The notes: generated by a model not told the origin, from the letters alone. DNA of 64,000 nt from Bacteroides sp. (GCA_051878775.1 JBJEKT010000223.1:1520-65519); one strand, 5' to 3'. Positions 52,951 to 62,576 are shown, counted from the stretch's first letter. Numbers and translations: made by a program.

Positions 52951-53649
52951 TTATTTCTTTATTAACAATAATTCCGGGTGCTCAAGTTCCTCCACTAACT
53001 TGTCAACCATCGTGCAAGGCTTATGGGTTGCATAGTCGGTGCCAGTGTATAATGCACGTAGCTGCTGGGCAAAGCGCTTGGCCAGATTCTCGCGGCCATA
53101 CTGCTGGAGTAGGCTGTATATATCAGGGTTGCCTTTCCGATACTTAAAAGTCTCGTCACCCATTCTGTTTCTAAAAGATTCTTCGAGTTTCTCAATATAG
53201 TCAGAGCGGCTGATGCCTGTATCAAGGTATTCAAAGTGCAGGTAGTACCATAGTTCAAAGGCTTCGTTCGTCCAAGCACTGTGGAAGCCCAACTTATGGG
53301 CTTTTTTGATGGCTTCGTTGAAGTCTTCAAAGTCATCCTTATCAAAAACGACCCACACGCGGTCAAAAGTCATGGCATTCTTCCGCTCCAGTTCCGTTTT
53401 TATTTCCTGCGTTCTATCCACCAGAGCAACTGTTGCCCGGCCCTCGCCCTCAATCGTCACCTCGCGAACGGCTGAGATGAAATTATTGATAAGAGCCTTG
53501 AAGTAGTGCGGCTCTGTCTTCGTACCTTCACAGACTATGAGGAAACGCACTAGTTTTTCGCGGATGTTCTCCTTGCGTTTCTTGGCAGCCTTGGCTTCTT
53601 TACGTTCCCGCCTCAGCTTTGCGATTTCTTCTTTTCTCGAATATCCCAT
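52951..53649 (-). CDS. RloB-like (AbiLii-like) protein
   Basis: LIVCEG.KTEPHYF, VWVVFDKD, NEAFELWYYLHF. Confidence 0.88.
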   Translation of the reverse strand: MGYSRKEEIAKLRRERKEAKAAKKRKENIREKLVRFLIVCEGTKTEPHYFKALINNFISAVREVTIEGEGRATVALVDRTQEIKTELERKNAMTFDRVWVVFDKDDFEDFNEAIKKAHKLGFHSAWTNEAFELWYYLHFEYLDTGISRSDYIEKLEESFRNRMGDETFKYRKGNPDIYSLLQQYGRENLAKRFAQQLRALYTGTDYATHKPCTMVDKLVEELEHPELLLIKK

Positions 53650-53658
53650 AGCACCACT

Positions 53659-54924
53659 TTATTTTCCAATGAAAGGTATGGCACCATAGCGGCCACGAAT
53701 ATAGTCGCGCTTGATGTCACGGTCGTTGCGCACTTTTTTCCCGTCCTCGTCCTTGAACTCCACAAGCGAGTAGATGTCAGTAGACTCAACCTTGTCCTTC
53801 TCTGCAAACCAAATCTGATCACGACGAATAATCTCCAAATCAAGCAGATTGGTGTCGTGGGTGGCGAAAATCAGCTGTGCTCCGTGTCTATTCTTCTCTG
53901 GATCCATGAACAGAAGTACGATGTTGCGCGTCAGCAGTGGGTGAAGCTTGGCATCCAGTTCATCGACAATCAGCGTCTTGCCCTCGTTCAGCGTATCGAA
54001 TATTGGGCCGGAAATCTCTATCACTTTCTTCGTCCCCTCTGACTCCATCTGGTTCTTGTGGAAATTGCGCTCGCCGATTACCAGCCCTTTTTCGTCATAT
54101 ACATGATGAGTGGTTATCGGCTCGACTACATTCCCTGTCGCCAAGTCCTTCTCGAACTGTGACCTTAACGACCTTGGGGCACTGTCGAATGCCTCTTTTG
54201 GAATATCAACCTTCTTGACAGAAAAACGGGTAAAGCCCAGTTGCAGGGTCTTGAAGAACTCCTGTGCCTGGTCAGCTCCATTCAGATGTTCCAAAAACAA
54301 TCTGAGCGTAAATGCCTCGTAGCCTTCGCTGTCGATTCCAGAAAGTACATTGCATTCTCCAAACCAGCCCAATATGGAATTGGACTTCTCGCCCTTCAGC
54401 TGAGCTACAAGCGACAGGAAGAGGCGATTTGAGTTTGTCAAGTCTTCCTTTCCCTGACCCTCTATAAATCTTTTAGGAGATACCTCTATAATATCTCGTG
54501 AACGCACGAAGAGCTCGTACTCTTTCTCTCCAAACCGTTTCTCGTATAGCCACTCTGAGATAATGTCAGTTTTGTTGTATTCGAAGCCATAGCGATAAAG
54601 CACCTCTGCATTAATGAATTGTATCTCAAACAATGTTGGTTGGGAATCAGAGCTTTCATCCAATGCAAAAGGATCATAGGGTAGTGCATCACCTTCATTA
54701 AGCCTGACGGAACGCCTAACCATGCTACGCATAGTAGATATGGCCTGAATCAAGTTACTCTTGCCCCCAGAGTTGGCACCATACAAGACTGCCAACGGAA
54801 GCAAACTATACTTACCTTCGCTGATTACAGACTCTTTATGCTCCTTTATGGAACTCGCCTCCATACTAAAGGTTCGTTCCTGTTTGAAAGAGCGATAATT
54901 CTTAACTGTGAAATTTACTAGCAT
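53659..54924 (-). CDS. RloA-like AAA_21 ATPase (AbiLi-like)
   Basis: NYRSFK, YGANSGGKSN, ESEGTKK, VDELDAKLHP, QLIFATHD, GRYGAIP. Confidence 0.9.
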   Translation of the reverse strand: MLVNFTVKNYRSFKQERTFSMEASSIKEHKESVISEGKYSLLPLAVLYGANSGGKSNLIQAISTMRSMVRRSVRLNEGDALPYDPFALDESSDSQPTLFEIQFINAEVLYRYGFEYNKTDIISEWLYEKRFGEKEYELFVRSRDIIEVSPKRFIEGQGKEDLTNSNRLFLSLVAQLKGEKSNSILGWFGECNVLSGIDSEGYEAFTLRLFLEHLNGADQAQEFFKTLQLGFTRFSVKKVDIPKEAFDSAPRSLRSQFEKDLATGNVVEPITTHHVYDEKGLVIGERNFHKNQMESEGTKKVIEISGPIFDTLNEGKTLIVDELDAKLHPLLTRNIVLLFMDPEKNRHGAQLIFATHDTNLLDLEIIRRDQIWFAEKDKVESTDIYSLVEFKDEDGKKVRNDRDIKRDYIRGRYGAIPFIGK

Positions 54925-55372
54925 ATCTCAATATTTTTGTGTAAAGATACAATTAATTTTCGATATAGGATGTATAATATGAGAAAAAATCTCAAAAATC
55001 GAGCATGTTTAACAAGATTTCGGTTTTATAAGGTTTGAAAATGCGAAAATGACTCGTTATTTTAACTTGGTTGAGTTTTTTGTGGGGTATGTATCTTATT
55101 GGGATATGACATATAATTACAAAACAAATTTGAGTATTCAAGATAACATTCTTCCATAGTTGCACATTCACACCTCTTTTGTGGTTTATAAATGTTAAAT
55201 ACATTAATTCTTCATCTTTTTCGCCTTACTCAGAATTTACGTCATCACTTTTCTACCGTTTAAAGTGTAAATTATTGATATAAAGCATTTTGCAAATACT
55301 ATCAATGATTCTGTAGCCCGGATGGGGTGAAAAAATGAAATCTCCCTTGATGCTGTATGCTGCCAGGGGGCG

Positions 55373-55717
55373 TCAGAGCACAGCTGCTGTACGACGGATG
55401 AGCTCCAGTCGCTGCATGAAGGATTTATCCTTGGTCATGGTCTGGAGGTTATATTTCATTTGCAGATGGAGCAGAGGCTCAGCATTGATGCCGAGAGCTG
55501 CCTCAAAGAGCAGTGCAGTCTTCTCCGTCAGGGGGCGATGACCGTTGAGGATTTCATTGAGTGCAGAGTTGGCGATGCCCATCTGCTTGGCCAGTTGGCG
55601 TTGGGAGATGCCACGATATTCCACTTCATCCTTGATGATTTCGCCCGGGTGAGTGGGATAAGCTGGGGTAAGGTTGTTTGCCACCATGTTTGCTGCAAAA
55701 GTCTTTTCGTTGTTCAT
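55373..55717 (-). CDS. higA: HigA family antitoxin (Xre HTH)
   Basis: PTHPGEIIKDE..ISQRQLA..NEILNGHRPLT..LQMKYNL. Confidence 0.85.
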   Translation of the reverse strand: MNNEKTFAANMVANNLTPAYPTHPGEIIKDEVEYRGISQRQLAKQMGIANSALNEILNGHRPLTEKTALLFEAALGINAEPLLHLQMKYNLQTMTKDKSFMQRLELIRRTAAVL

Positions 55718-55748
55718 TGTTCCTTAATCATAATGGTTAGACAATCTG

Positions 55749-55958
55749 TTATGTTGCATTTGCTAATATTACCCAGTGTCCGTCTTTACGCCCTCCTTCA
55801 CGTTTAATTATACCCTTCGATTGAAGGGCGGCGAGATCTCGTTTAATGGCTCGCTGAAGGCTGCTCTCTTTTTGGGACATCTTTTGGGACATCTTTTGGG
55901 ATGTAATAGTGTTATCTTCGGCAATCCGATGTTTTGGTCTTCTATCTTCATACGTCAT
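55749..55958 (-). pseudogene. C-terminal winged-HTH remnant with SQKM repeats
   Basis: SQKMSQKMSQK 12-bp repeats, then IKRDLAALQSKGIIKREGGRKDGHW, typical of Fic/ATP-binding protein tails. Confidence 0.55.
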
Positions 55959-56199
55959 TGTAAATGAAATGTTCTTCCATACTGCTTATCCTATTGTTGT
56001 GCCTCTTTCTTCTTGGTTATAGATTATTCAATGTGCAAAAATAACAATTATTCTTGAGATAGAGGCAAGAAATCTTGTCAATCTCTCTATTATACTTGCC
56101 TAATGATTGCCCCATTTGATTTTTTTTGCGATTTTGTTTGGATAATCGATGGATATTGTTGTATCTTTACACCACATAATATAATAAACCTAATCTATC

Positions 56200-57204
56200 A
56201 TGAGTGAACAAACCTATGCCATCTACACTTACGAGGTGAAACCTCGCGGGAACATGAAGCTTCAATTTGCAGGCTCCGACGACCTGAAGTTTGATATGAA
56301 CGATACGCCTGAAGAGAAGGCGCATCTGATTATCAACCATGTCATGACACACAGATTGACCGTAATAGGTAAAAAACGTAAGCAGGATGTTCCGCTCATC
56401 GTCAAGGAGCTGCACAGACACGGTGATGTCTTTGCGTTCGTGCTTTGCAACGAACGCGACATGACTTACTACGAGGGGAAGCAGAAGGAGAGCATCGTGA
56501 CGCACCCGGGATGCTACATCGTGGTGGATAACCGCAGGGGCGTGTGCCAGATTGCCATTGAGAAGGACGATGCGTTCGATATGGAGAGCAATCAGGCCGT
56601 AAAGTACCTGAGCCGCTCCTTCAATGACCGGCTGCACGACTATGGATTCGAGATTGTCATCAAGCACAAATTCAGCGCCGAATCCTTCACGAAGCAGATT
56701 AAGGAACGCCTCTTTGTACGGCGCGATGTGGTCACCCGCATTGTGTGGGATTTCCCCAATACCAAGCGGGTGATGGGTATCGATGCCACGGAGGAGCAGA
56801 GGCAGTGGCTCACCTCGATTGTCAATACGGCGGTTACGGCTAAAGCCCTGAGCGGTAAGCTGACGCTGGTGGGCAGCAAGCAGAATCCACTGGAGGCGGA
56901 CAGCGAATACAATCAGCAGATTGGCCTGATGATTATGCTCAGCGCGCAGAACGGTTACAACATCACCTACCACTTTGCCGACTCTGAGAAGATGTCGTTC
57001 AAGCACGCTTCACATGCCTTCATGACCATTAAGGAGGAGCTGATTCGGGACTTCATGCAGGGCGTGTCCGTGCATGGTGATGGGGTGGTGGGTGAAGAAT
57101 CTCCAGAGCCCACCTTCGAACTCATTTGGCGGCTGGATGACATACGGCGCGAGATTGTGACTTACAATCATGAGGATATCATCCGTACGGATGAGTATTG
57201 TTAA
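56200..57204 (+). CDS. Hypothetical protein (334 aa)
   Basis: Long ORF with good codon pattern and AT-rich leader; no recognised motif. Confidence 0.8.
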   Translation: MSEQTYAIYTYEVKPRGNMKLQFAGSDDLKFDMNDTPEEKAHLIINHVMTHRLTVIGKKRKQDVPLIVKELHRHGDVFAFVLCNERDMTYYEGKQKESIVTHPGCYIVVDNRRGVCQIAIEKDDAFDMESNQAVKYLSRSFNDRLHDYGFEIVIKHKFSAESFTKQIKERLFVRRDVVTRIVWDFPNTKRVMGIDATEEQRQWLTSIVNTAVTAKALSGKLTLVGSKQNPLEADSEYNQQIGLMIMLSAQNGYNITYHFADSEKMSFKHASHAFMTIKEELIRDFMQGVSVHGDGVVGEESPEPTFELIWRLDDIRREIVTYNHEDIIRTDEYC

Positions 57205-57228
57205 CCTGCTGAATATTATCTACATATC

Positions 57229-58158
57229 ATGGAACGACTACTAGAATATCCCCGCAGCAGGGAACTGAGGGTGAACTATCGCAACAACCCCTGGCTTCAG
57301 CTGATAACCAATTGCTTCCGTCCGCAGGAGGCTGTTATGCAGAAGTTCCGGTTCACGGCTGAGGAGCTGTGGCTGAACACCTTCATCTGCTTGGACGATG
57401 TCATTGCGCTGCCTGCAGGCGAGCGCGAAGCAGCCGTTGCCCGGCTATGGGACGACCTGAACTGTGAGCTGCGTAACGAGGCACTGGATTTGGGCCGGGA
57501 GTTTCAGGATGAGGAGCTCACGATGGTCACGAGCTGGGTCGTGTTCTTCGTCGCGGTGGCACTCGGATGGACCGAACGATCCGACCTCTACCGGTACAGC
57601 GAGACATTGCTCCAGCAGGTTGCGCGGCATCACGATGCGTTGCCTCAGCTGACCGAGGAGTATCTCAGCCGGTGTGACTCCTCCTTAGGCTCCTACATGC
57701 AGGAGCATCTGGCTCAAGGGGTGCGGCTCAGCGACCGCCTGTCTAAGCGCGGGGCTGACATTCTCCCTGCACAGCTTCCGCCCGCGAAGGTGGCCTCACT
57801 GAAGGAGGAGGCTATCAAGCTGCTCCTCTTCATGAAACGCCAGCTGAAGGATAGCACGAAGCCCGTCATGCGGCAGGGTGATTACGACCGGATGGTAGAG
57901 GCGATAGGTCGGTTTGTCACATCAAGGAGAGTCGAGCCAATCGAGCCTCCTATCCAGACCAACCTCAAGGCCACAGAGCTGAGATATACCTTCTACCTTG
58001 TATGGAAATATTGTTGGAAAAAGGATGTCGAGCGTGACAAGGTGGTAGACTTCCTAAAGGCTACATTCAGCCAATTCAGTGAGGTGGAAAGGGAGACCAT
58101 CAAGAAGAAATTCTCAGAAAAAGTGACGGGATATTCTTACATCATGGTGGTAAAATAG
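57229..58158 (+). CDS. Hypothetical protein (309 aa, mainly helical, basic C-terminus)
   Basis: Long ORF 24 bp after the previous gene. Confidence 0.8.
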   Translation: MERLLEYPRSRELRVNYRNNPWLQLITNCFRPQEAVMQKFRFTAEELWLNTFICLDDVIALPAGEREAAVARLWDDLNCELRNEALDLGREFQDEELTMVTSWVVFFVAVALGWTERSDLYRYSETLLQQVARHHDALPQLTEEYLSRCDSSLGSYMQEHLAQGVRLSDRLSKRGADILPAQLPPAKVASLKEEAIKLLLFMKRQLKDSTKPVMRQGDYDRMVEAIGRFVTSRRVEPIEPPIQTNLKATELRYTFYLVWKYCWKKDVERDKVVDFLKATFSQFSEVERETIKKKFSEKVTGYSYIMVVK

Positions 58159-58404
58159 CACGTGAATCGGGGTGAAAGGTGATTTGCACCATATCACCTT
58201 CACTTTTCCCGTGGAAATCCCATTATTTTTTTCGTTTTCTTTCAGAATGTTTATTTGTTCTGATATATAGCATATTATATATTCTATTAGTCGCAGTAAT
58301 CCCCTATTGCGGCCGAGGGTGATTATCCTCTTTGCAGAATCACCCTGAAATCACCACGAAATCACCTTGCATCTTTGCGCCGTAATCTATCAATGAATTG
58401 CTTT

Positions 58405-58539
58405 ATGGACAAAGTAAAAACATTAGGAGATATCCTTAGGGATTTCTTTTCAGAGAGTAAGGAACCGCTTGCAGCTCATTACCGTCAATGGAGATGCCGC
58501 AAGCAGGAGTGTAGAATGTATATATGTAATCAATTATGA
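58405..58539 (+). CDS. Small protein (44 aa, MDKVKTLGDILRDFFSESKEPLAAHYRQW...)
   Basis: Below the ORF-track cutoff; its TGA overlaps the ATG of the next gene (ATGA at 58536-58539). Confidence 0.5.
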   Translation: MDKVKTLGDILRDFFSESKEPLAAHYRQWRCRKQECRMYICNQL

Positions 58540-59537
58540 AGATGAAAAGCTTGATAAAGAGAGGAATGATAGACTGGGTCAAGCTACCCGTCAATCTCGT
58601 AAGTGATGACCGTGTGGCTGAGCTCATGGCCCGGAAGGGCATGTTGGGGTTGGGCGTTTACTTCAGGATTGTGCTCGAGATGTACCATCGTAGGAGCCGT
58701 TGCCTGACCGTAATCCAGCTTAAAGAATTTAGGTTGAAGGGGGCCACGGAGAGGACCGTGATGCAGGTGGTGGAGGATTTTCAGCTGTTCCGCAAGGACA
58801 AGCACGGGCACATCTATTCGATGATTGATTTCCTCGGTTTCGGGGATGAGGATTCCAGTGTTGAGGATGAGGATTCCAGTGTTGAGGATGAGGATTCTTG
58901 TTCAGAGAATGAGGAATCCTGTCCCGAAGCAGAATCTGATTTAAATCCGATTGCAATCCGATTTGAATCTGATGCCTCTCCAATTCCCGCGCGCATAAAT
59001 AGAGACAAAGACAGAGACAATATTCTTCTTGAAGGAGAAGCAGCAGAACAGAGGGCAGGAGAGGGGGAGGTCCGGTCGCCGGAGGAGCGGGCTGGGGAGT
59101 ATATCCGGCAGCTGAAGATGGCGGACGAGTGGGCCGAACTCACCATGATGAAGTCGGGCTTCAGTCAGCTGCTTCTGCGCAGCTGGACGCAGGCCCTGGA
59201 GGAGTTCCGCAGGCACGTCGTGGTCAACCGCACAGCAGAGAGCATCCACGATGTAGAGTGTGCCAAGCAGTACTTCTCCCGCTACGTCACCAACGCCACC
59301 ACGGGCGCTCAGCTCCGCAAGGCGCTGGAGGAGTACGAGCGGACGCAGCAGGGCAGCAGCCCCTACAGCCACGAGGACCGCAACAGCGCCCCGGGTCACC
59401 GCTCTTACCACGGCTTCCCCTTGCCCGACGACGCCCCACCGCGTCCCGACGAACAGTCGGAGTGGGACTACGAGGAGCATTGCTGGACCTGTTGCCGCCA
59501 TGCCCAGGAGGATAAGTATGCCACTGAGCAGTTCTAA
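58536..59537 (+). CDS. DUF4373/Lin1244-like putative replication initiator (replisome organiser type)
   Basis: N-terminal WVKLPVNLVSDDRV..GMLGLGVYF; internal tandem repeats; C-terminal LPDDAPPRP; precedes a primase-helicase. Confidence 0.65.
   Translation: MKMKSLIKRGMIDWVKLPVNLVSDDRVAELMARKGMLGLGVYFRIVLEMYHRRSRCLTVIQLKEFRLKGATERTVMQVVEDFQLFRKDKHGHIYSMIDFLGFGDEDSSVEDEDSSVEDEDSCSENEESCPEAESDLNPIAIRFESDASPIPARINRDKDRDNILLEGEAAEQRAGEGEVRSPEERAGEYIRQLKMADEWAELTMMKSGFSQLLLRSWTQALEEFRRHVVVNRTAESIHDVECAKQYFSRYVTNATTGAQLRKALEEYERTQQGSSPYSHEDRNSAPGHRSYHGFPLPDDAPPRPDEQSEWDYEEHCWTCCRHAQEDKYATEQF
58844..58976 (+). repeat. Intragenic iteron-like repeats (4x21 bp, then 4x11 bp)
   Basis: GGATGAGGATTCCAGTGTTGA x2 exact plus 2 degenerate; AATC(C/T)GAT x4 at 11-bp spacing. 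Confidence 0.8.
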
Positions 59538-59610
59538 ACAGCCCGTTTGCACCCCGTAAACAGCATGGTTAGGGATGTATTATGCAGCACCTCAATGGAT
59601 GAAGGACCAT

Positions 59611-59685
59611 TTTTAGCTTTTAGTTTATAGTTTATAGTTTTTAGTTTATAGTTTAATTGTTTTTAGTTTAATTGTTTTTAGTTTT
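59611..59685. repeat. Heptamer tandem array (TTTTAGT/TTATAGT)
   Basis: About 10 degenerate 7-mers immediately before the primase-helicase ATG. Confidence 0.85.
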
Positions 59686-59690
59686 CTCCT

Positions 59691-61514
59691 ATGACTTACA
59701 ATTTGAAATCCTATGGCATTGACCGTGAACATGCCACTCCCGTGAATGGGCAGAACGCCCTGCGTGCCATCTGTCCCCACTGCTCCTCTTCGCGCAAGAC
59801 CGAGGCTCACCGGCACGAAAAGGTGCTCTACGTCAACCTCGACAACGGCTCCTGCTACTGCCACCACTGCGGTGCCCAGTGGCGCATGGACTCTGAGGAG
59901 TACCTGGCCCGACGCGACAAGGCCCGCCAGCTGGCCCAGGCTCCCTCCACCTTCCGCCGCCCCAAGCAGCCCAAGCCGCTCCCCGAGGGGGCCGACCAGG
60001 ACTACAGCAAGGTATTCAGCTCCACCACCCTCCGCTACCTCACCCAGGTGCGCGGCATCCCCCTCGACGTGCTGCGCCAGGCCGCCGTCACCGAGCAGGT
60101 GGAGCGGATGCCGCAGACGGGACGCGACGAGCGCTGCATCGTCTTCAACTACATGGAGCAGGGATTCCTCATCAACCAGAAGTTCCGCGACGCGAAGAAG
60201 AACTTCAAGATGGTGCAGGGGGCCGAGCTCATCCCGTACCTCATCGACAGCTGCCTGGGCGAGGAGGAGGTCATCGTCACTGAGGGCGAGATGGATGCCC
60301 TCTCCTTCCTGGCCGCCGGGTTCCGCAGCGTGATCAGCATCCCCTCAGGGGCCAACGGCAACGCCGGCTGGATGAACCGCTTCTACGACCTCTACTTCAG
60401 CGACAAGCAGCGCGTCTATATCGCTACGGACATGGATGCCCCCGGGCAGCAGGCCGCCGAGGAGCTGATACGCCGCTTCGGGCCTGAAGTGTGCCTCAGG
60501 GTGCAGTTCAGCGCGGGATGTAAGGACGCCAACGAGGAGCTGCTGAAGCACGGGGCCGACAGCCTGCGCAGCCGCATCACCGAAGCGCAGCTCGTCCCCC
60601 TGAAGGACATCAACCGCCTGGAGGACTTCGAGACGGAGCTCGACGCCTTCTATGCCAACGGCCCGGAGCCGGGGGCCGTCACGGGATGGGCCAACCTCGA
60701 TGCTGTGGTCAACTTCGGCACCGGCCAGCTGGCCCTCGTCACCGGACGCTCCAACGACGGCAAGTCGGAGTGGGTCGATGAACTGGTGCTCCGCCTCATG
60801 CTGCGCACGGGCTGGAATGCCGCCTTCTGGACGCCGGAGAACGGGCTGCTGGACCACAGCCGCAAGGTGATCGAGAAGCTCACGGGGCGCGACTTCGTAC
60901 ACCGGGGTACCTCGGGCGTGCAGCCCGCACAGTATGCCCTCTGCAAGCGCTGGATGAACCGCCGCCTCTGCTGGCTCGACCTCCCCTTCGACCAGCTGCA
61001 CCTGGACATCATCCTGGAGCGTTGCCGCACCATGGTGCGCAAGTTCGGCATCCGCATCCTCGTGCTCGACCCCTACAACTTCATCGAGAAGGAGAACAAC
61101 TCCACCCGCTCGGAGAACGCCTGGGATAGCCACGTGGTGGGGGCTCTGCGCGAATTTGCCCGCAGTCACGACGTGCTCGTCATCCTCGTGGCCCACCCGC
61201 GCAAGGTGGAGATGCAGCTCGACGGGCGTAAGCGACGCATCACCATGGAGGACATCAGCGGCACCGCCGACTTTGGCAACAAGGCCGACTACTGCTTCTG
61301 CGTGGACCGCGACGACGAACACCGCGTGGTGACCATCTCCATCGACAAGGTGCGCTTCAAGCAGTACGGCACCAAGGGCCATCAGCTCTACTTTGTCTAT
61401 CAGACCAGGTGCGGCCGATACTGCCCCTGCAAGCTCGATGCCAACCATGACACGGTGGACTGCGACTTCAAGTCCGGCGCCGGCATGTGGCTCCAGCCGC
61501 AACTGTTTGATTAG
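59691..61514 (+). CDS. Bifunctional primase-helicase (T7 gp4/Twinkle-like)
   Basis: Zn ribbon CPHC..CHHC, TOPRIM VTEGEMD/ATDMDAPG/KDANE, SF4 helicase GRSNDGKS, LVLDPYN, LVAHPRK, DISGTADF. Confidence 0.9.
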   Translation: MTYNLKSYGIDREHATPVNGQNALRAICPHCSSSRKTEAHRHEKVLYVNLDNGSCYCHHCGAQWRMDSEEYLARRDKARQLAQAPSTFRRPKQPKPLPEGADQDYSKVFSSTTLRYLTQVRGIPLDVLRQAAVTEQVERMPQTGRDERCIVFNYMEQGFLINQKFRDAKKNFKMVQGAELIPYLIDSCLGEEEVIVTEGEMDALSFLAAGFRSVISIPSGANGNAGWMNRFYDLYFSDKQRVYIATDMDAPGQQAAEELIRRFGPEVCLRVQFSAGCKDANEELLKHGADSLRSRITEAQLVPLKDINRLEDFETELDAFYANGPEPGAVTGWANLDAVVNFGTGQLALVTGRSNDGKSEWVDELVLRLMLRTGWNAAFWTPENGLLDHSRKVIEKLTGRDFVHRGTSGVQPAQYALCKRWMNRRLCWLDLPFDQLHLDIILERCRTMVRKFGIRILVLDPYNFIEKENNSTRSENAWDSHVVGALREFARSHDVLVILVAHPRKVEMQLDGRKRRITMEDISGTADFGNKADYCFCVDRDDEHRVVTISIDKVRFKQYGTKGHQLYFVYQTRCGRYCPCKLDANHDTVDCDFKSGAGMWLQPQLFD

Positions 61515-61588
61515 CTACGAGCCACCATGAATCCCTATTCATTAATCCCTAATCCGTAATCATTAATCGCTAATCCCTAATCACAAAA

Positions 61589-61816
61589 ATGACGGACATA
61601 TTCCCTCTTCGGGCTTACGGCAAGGCAGAGCTGGCGCAGCTCTACTTTCCCGATGCCGACCCTGTGGTGGCTGCCAACCGCCTGCGCCGCCAAATTGAGC
61701 GTGCCTATGGACTCCTGCAGGCGCTGGAGCCTACGGGCTACCCCTCACGCGCCCACTTCTTCACCCCGCGCCAGGTGGCCATCATCGTCCGTTTCCTGGG
61801 CGAACCGCTGGGTTAA
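61589..61816 (+). CDS. DUF4248 domain protein
   Basis: YGKAELAQLYFP...TGY...FTPRQVAIIVRFLGEP. Confidence 0.85.
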   Translation: MTDIFPLRAYGKAELAQLYFPDADPVVAANRLRRQIERAYGLLQALEPTGYPSRAHFFTPRQVAIIVRFLGEPLG

Positions 61817-61975
61817 GCCAGTTTTTTCTATCATTTTGCACAGCTACATGCAATATGCACAGTAAGCGTCACTGCCAAAATAGAATGTCGTAACTTTGCA
61901 TCGTAATCCAAAGGGTAGGGCCCACCCGGGTAGGTTACAGTGTAGATAACCAAACTAATAATTGTTTTACAGCGT

Positions 61976-62488
61976 ATGGTAAAATTTGTATTGCGTCAGA
62001 ACAAGAATGAGCAGAGCTCGGCTTACGGCAAATGGTATGCCTATCCGCAGCCCGACGAGACGATGGACCTGGCCGCCCTGGCCAAGCACATGGAGGAACA
62101 CAACACGGGCTTCTCCGAGGCCATGTGTACCGGCGTGATGAAGGCCATGGTGAAGTGCATCAAGGAGCAGATCCTCTCCGGCAAGAACGTGAAGATTGAC
62201 GACCTGGCCATCTTCTCCATCGGCCTGAAGAACCGCATGGGCTCCGCCACACCCGAGGAGTTCAGCGTAGCCACCAACATCGAGGGGGTGAAGCTGCGTG
62301 CCCGTGCCACGGGTATCCTGAGCAACGCCCAGCTCACCCTGTCGGCCAGTCTGAAGCGGGCCACCAGCATCCTGGGCGGTACCAGCAGCGGCTCTGGCAG
62401 CAGCGGCAACACTGGCGGCAGCAATGACAACACCGGCGGCGGCAGCAGCTCCGGCGGCAGTGGCGATGACCTCCCTGGCTACGAGTAA
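61976..62488 (+). CDS. Bacteroidetes HU-like (HU-HIG) DNA-binding protein with Gly/Ser tail
   Basis: GKWYA..LAKHM..GKNVKIDDLAIFSIGL; TAACTTTG -7 box at 61891. Confidence 0.85.
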   Translation: MVKFVLRQNKNEQSSAYGKWYAYPQPDETMDLAALAKHMEEHNTGFSEAMCTGVMKAMVKCIKEQILSGKNVKIDDLAIFSIGLKNRMGSATPEEFSVATNIEGVKLRARATGILSNAQLTLSASLKRATSILGGTSSGSGSSGNTGGSNDNTGGGSSSGGSGDDLPGYE

Positions 62489-62544
62489 ACCACGAGGGGG
62501 TACGCTCCCTTACCCATCACTCCGTGTCTGCGTAATTCATAACC

Positions 62545-62576
62545 TGTAGGGGCAGACACATCGGTCCGCCCCTACA
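62545..62576. repeat. GTAG-type REP-like palindrome
   Basis: TGTAGGGGCAGAC-loop-GTCCGCCCCTACA. Confidence 0.65.

Noticed and set aside
55268-58280. Shared TGATATAnAGCAT motif at about 55276 and 58261 as possible att/recombination sites
   Set aside because: Too short and AT-rich to distinguish from chance, and no recombinase is in the window.
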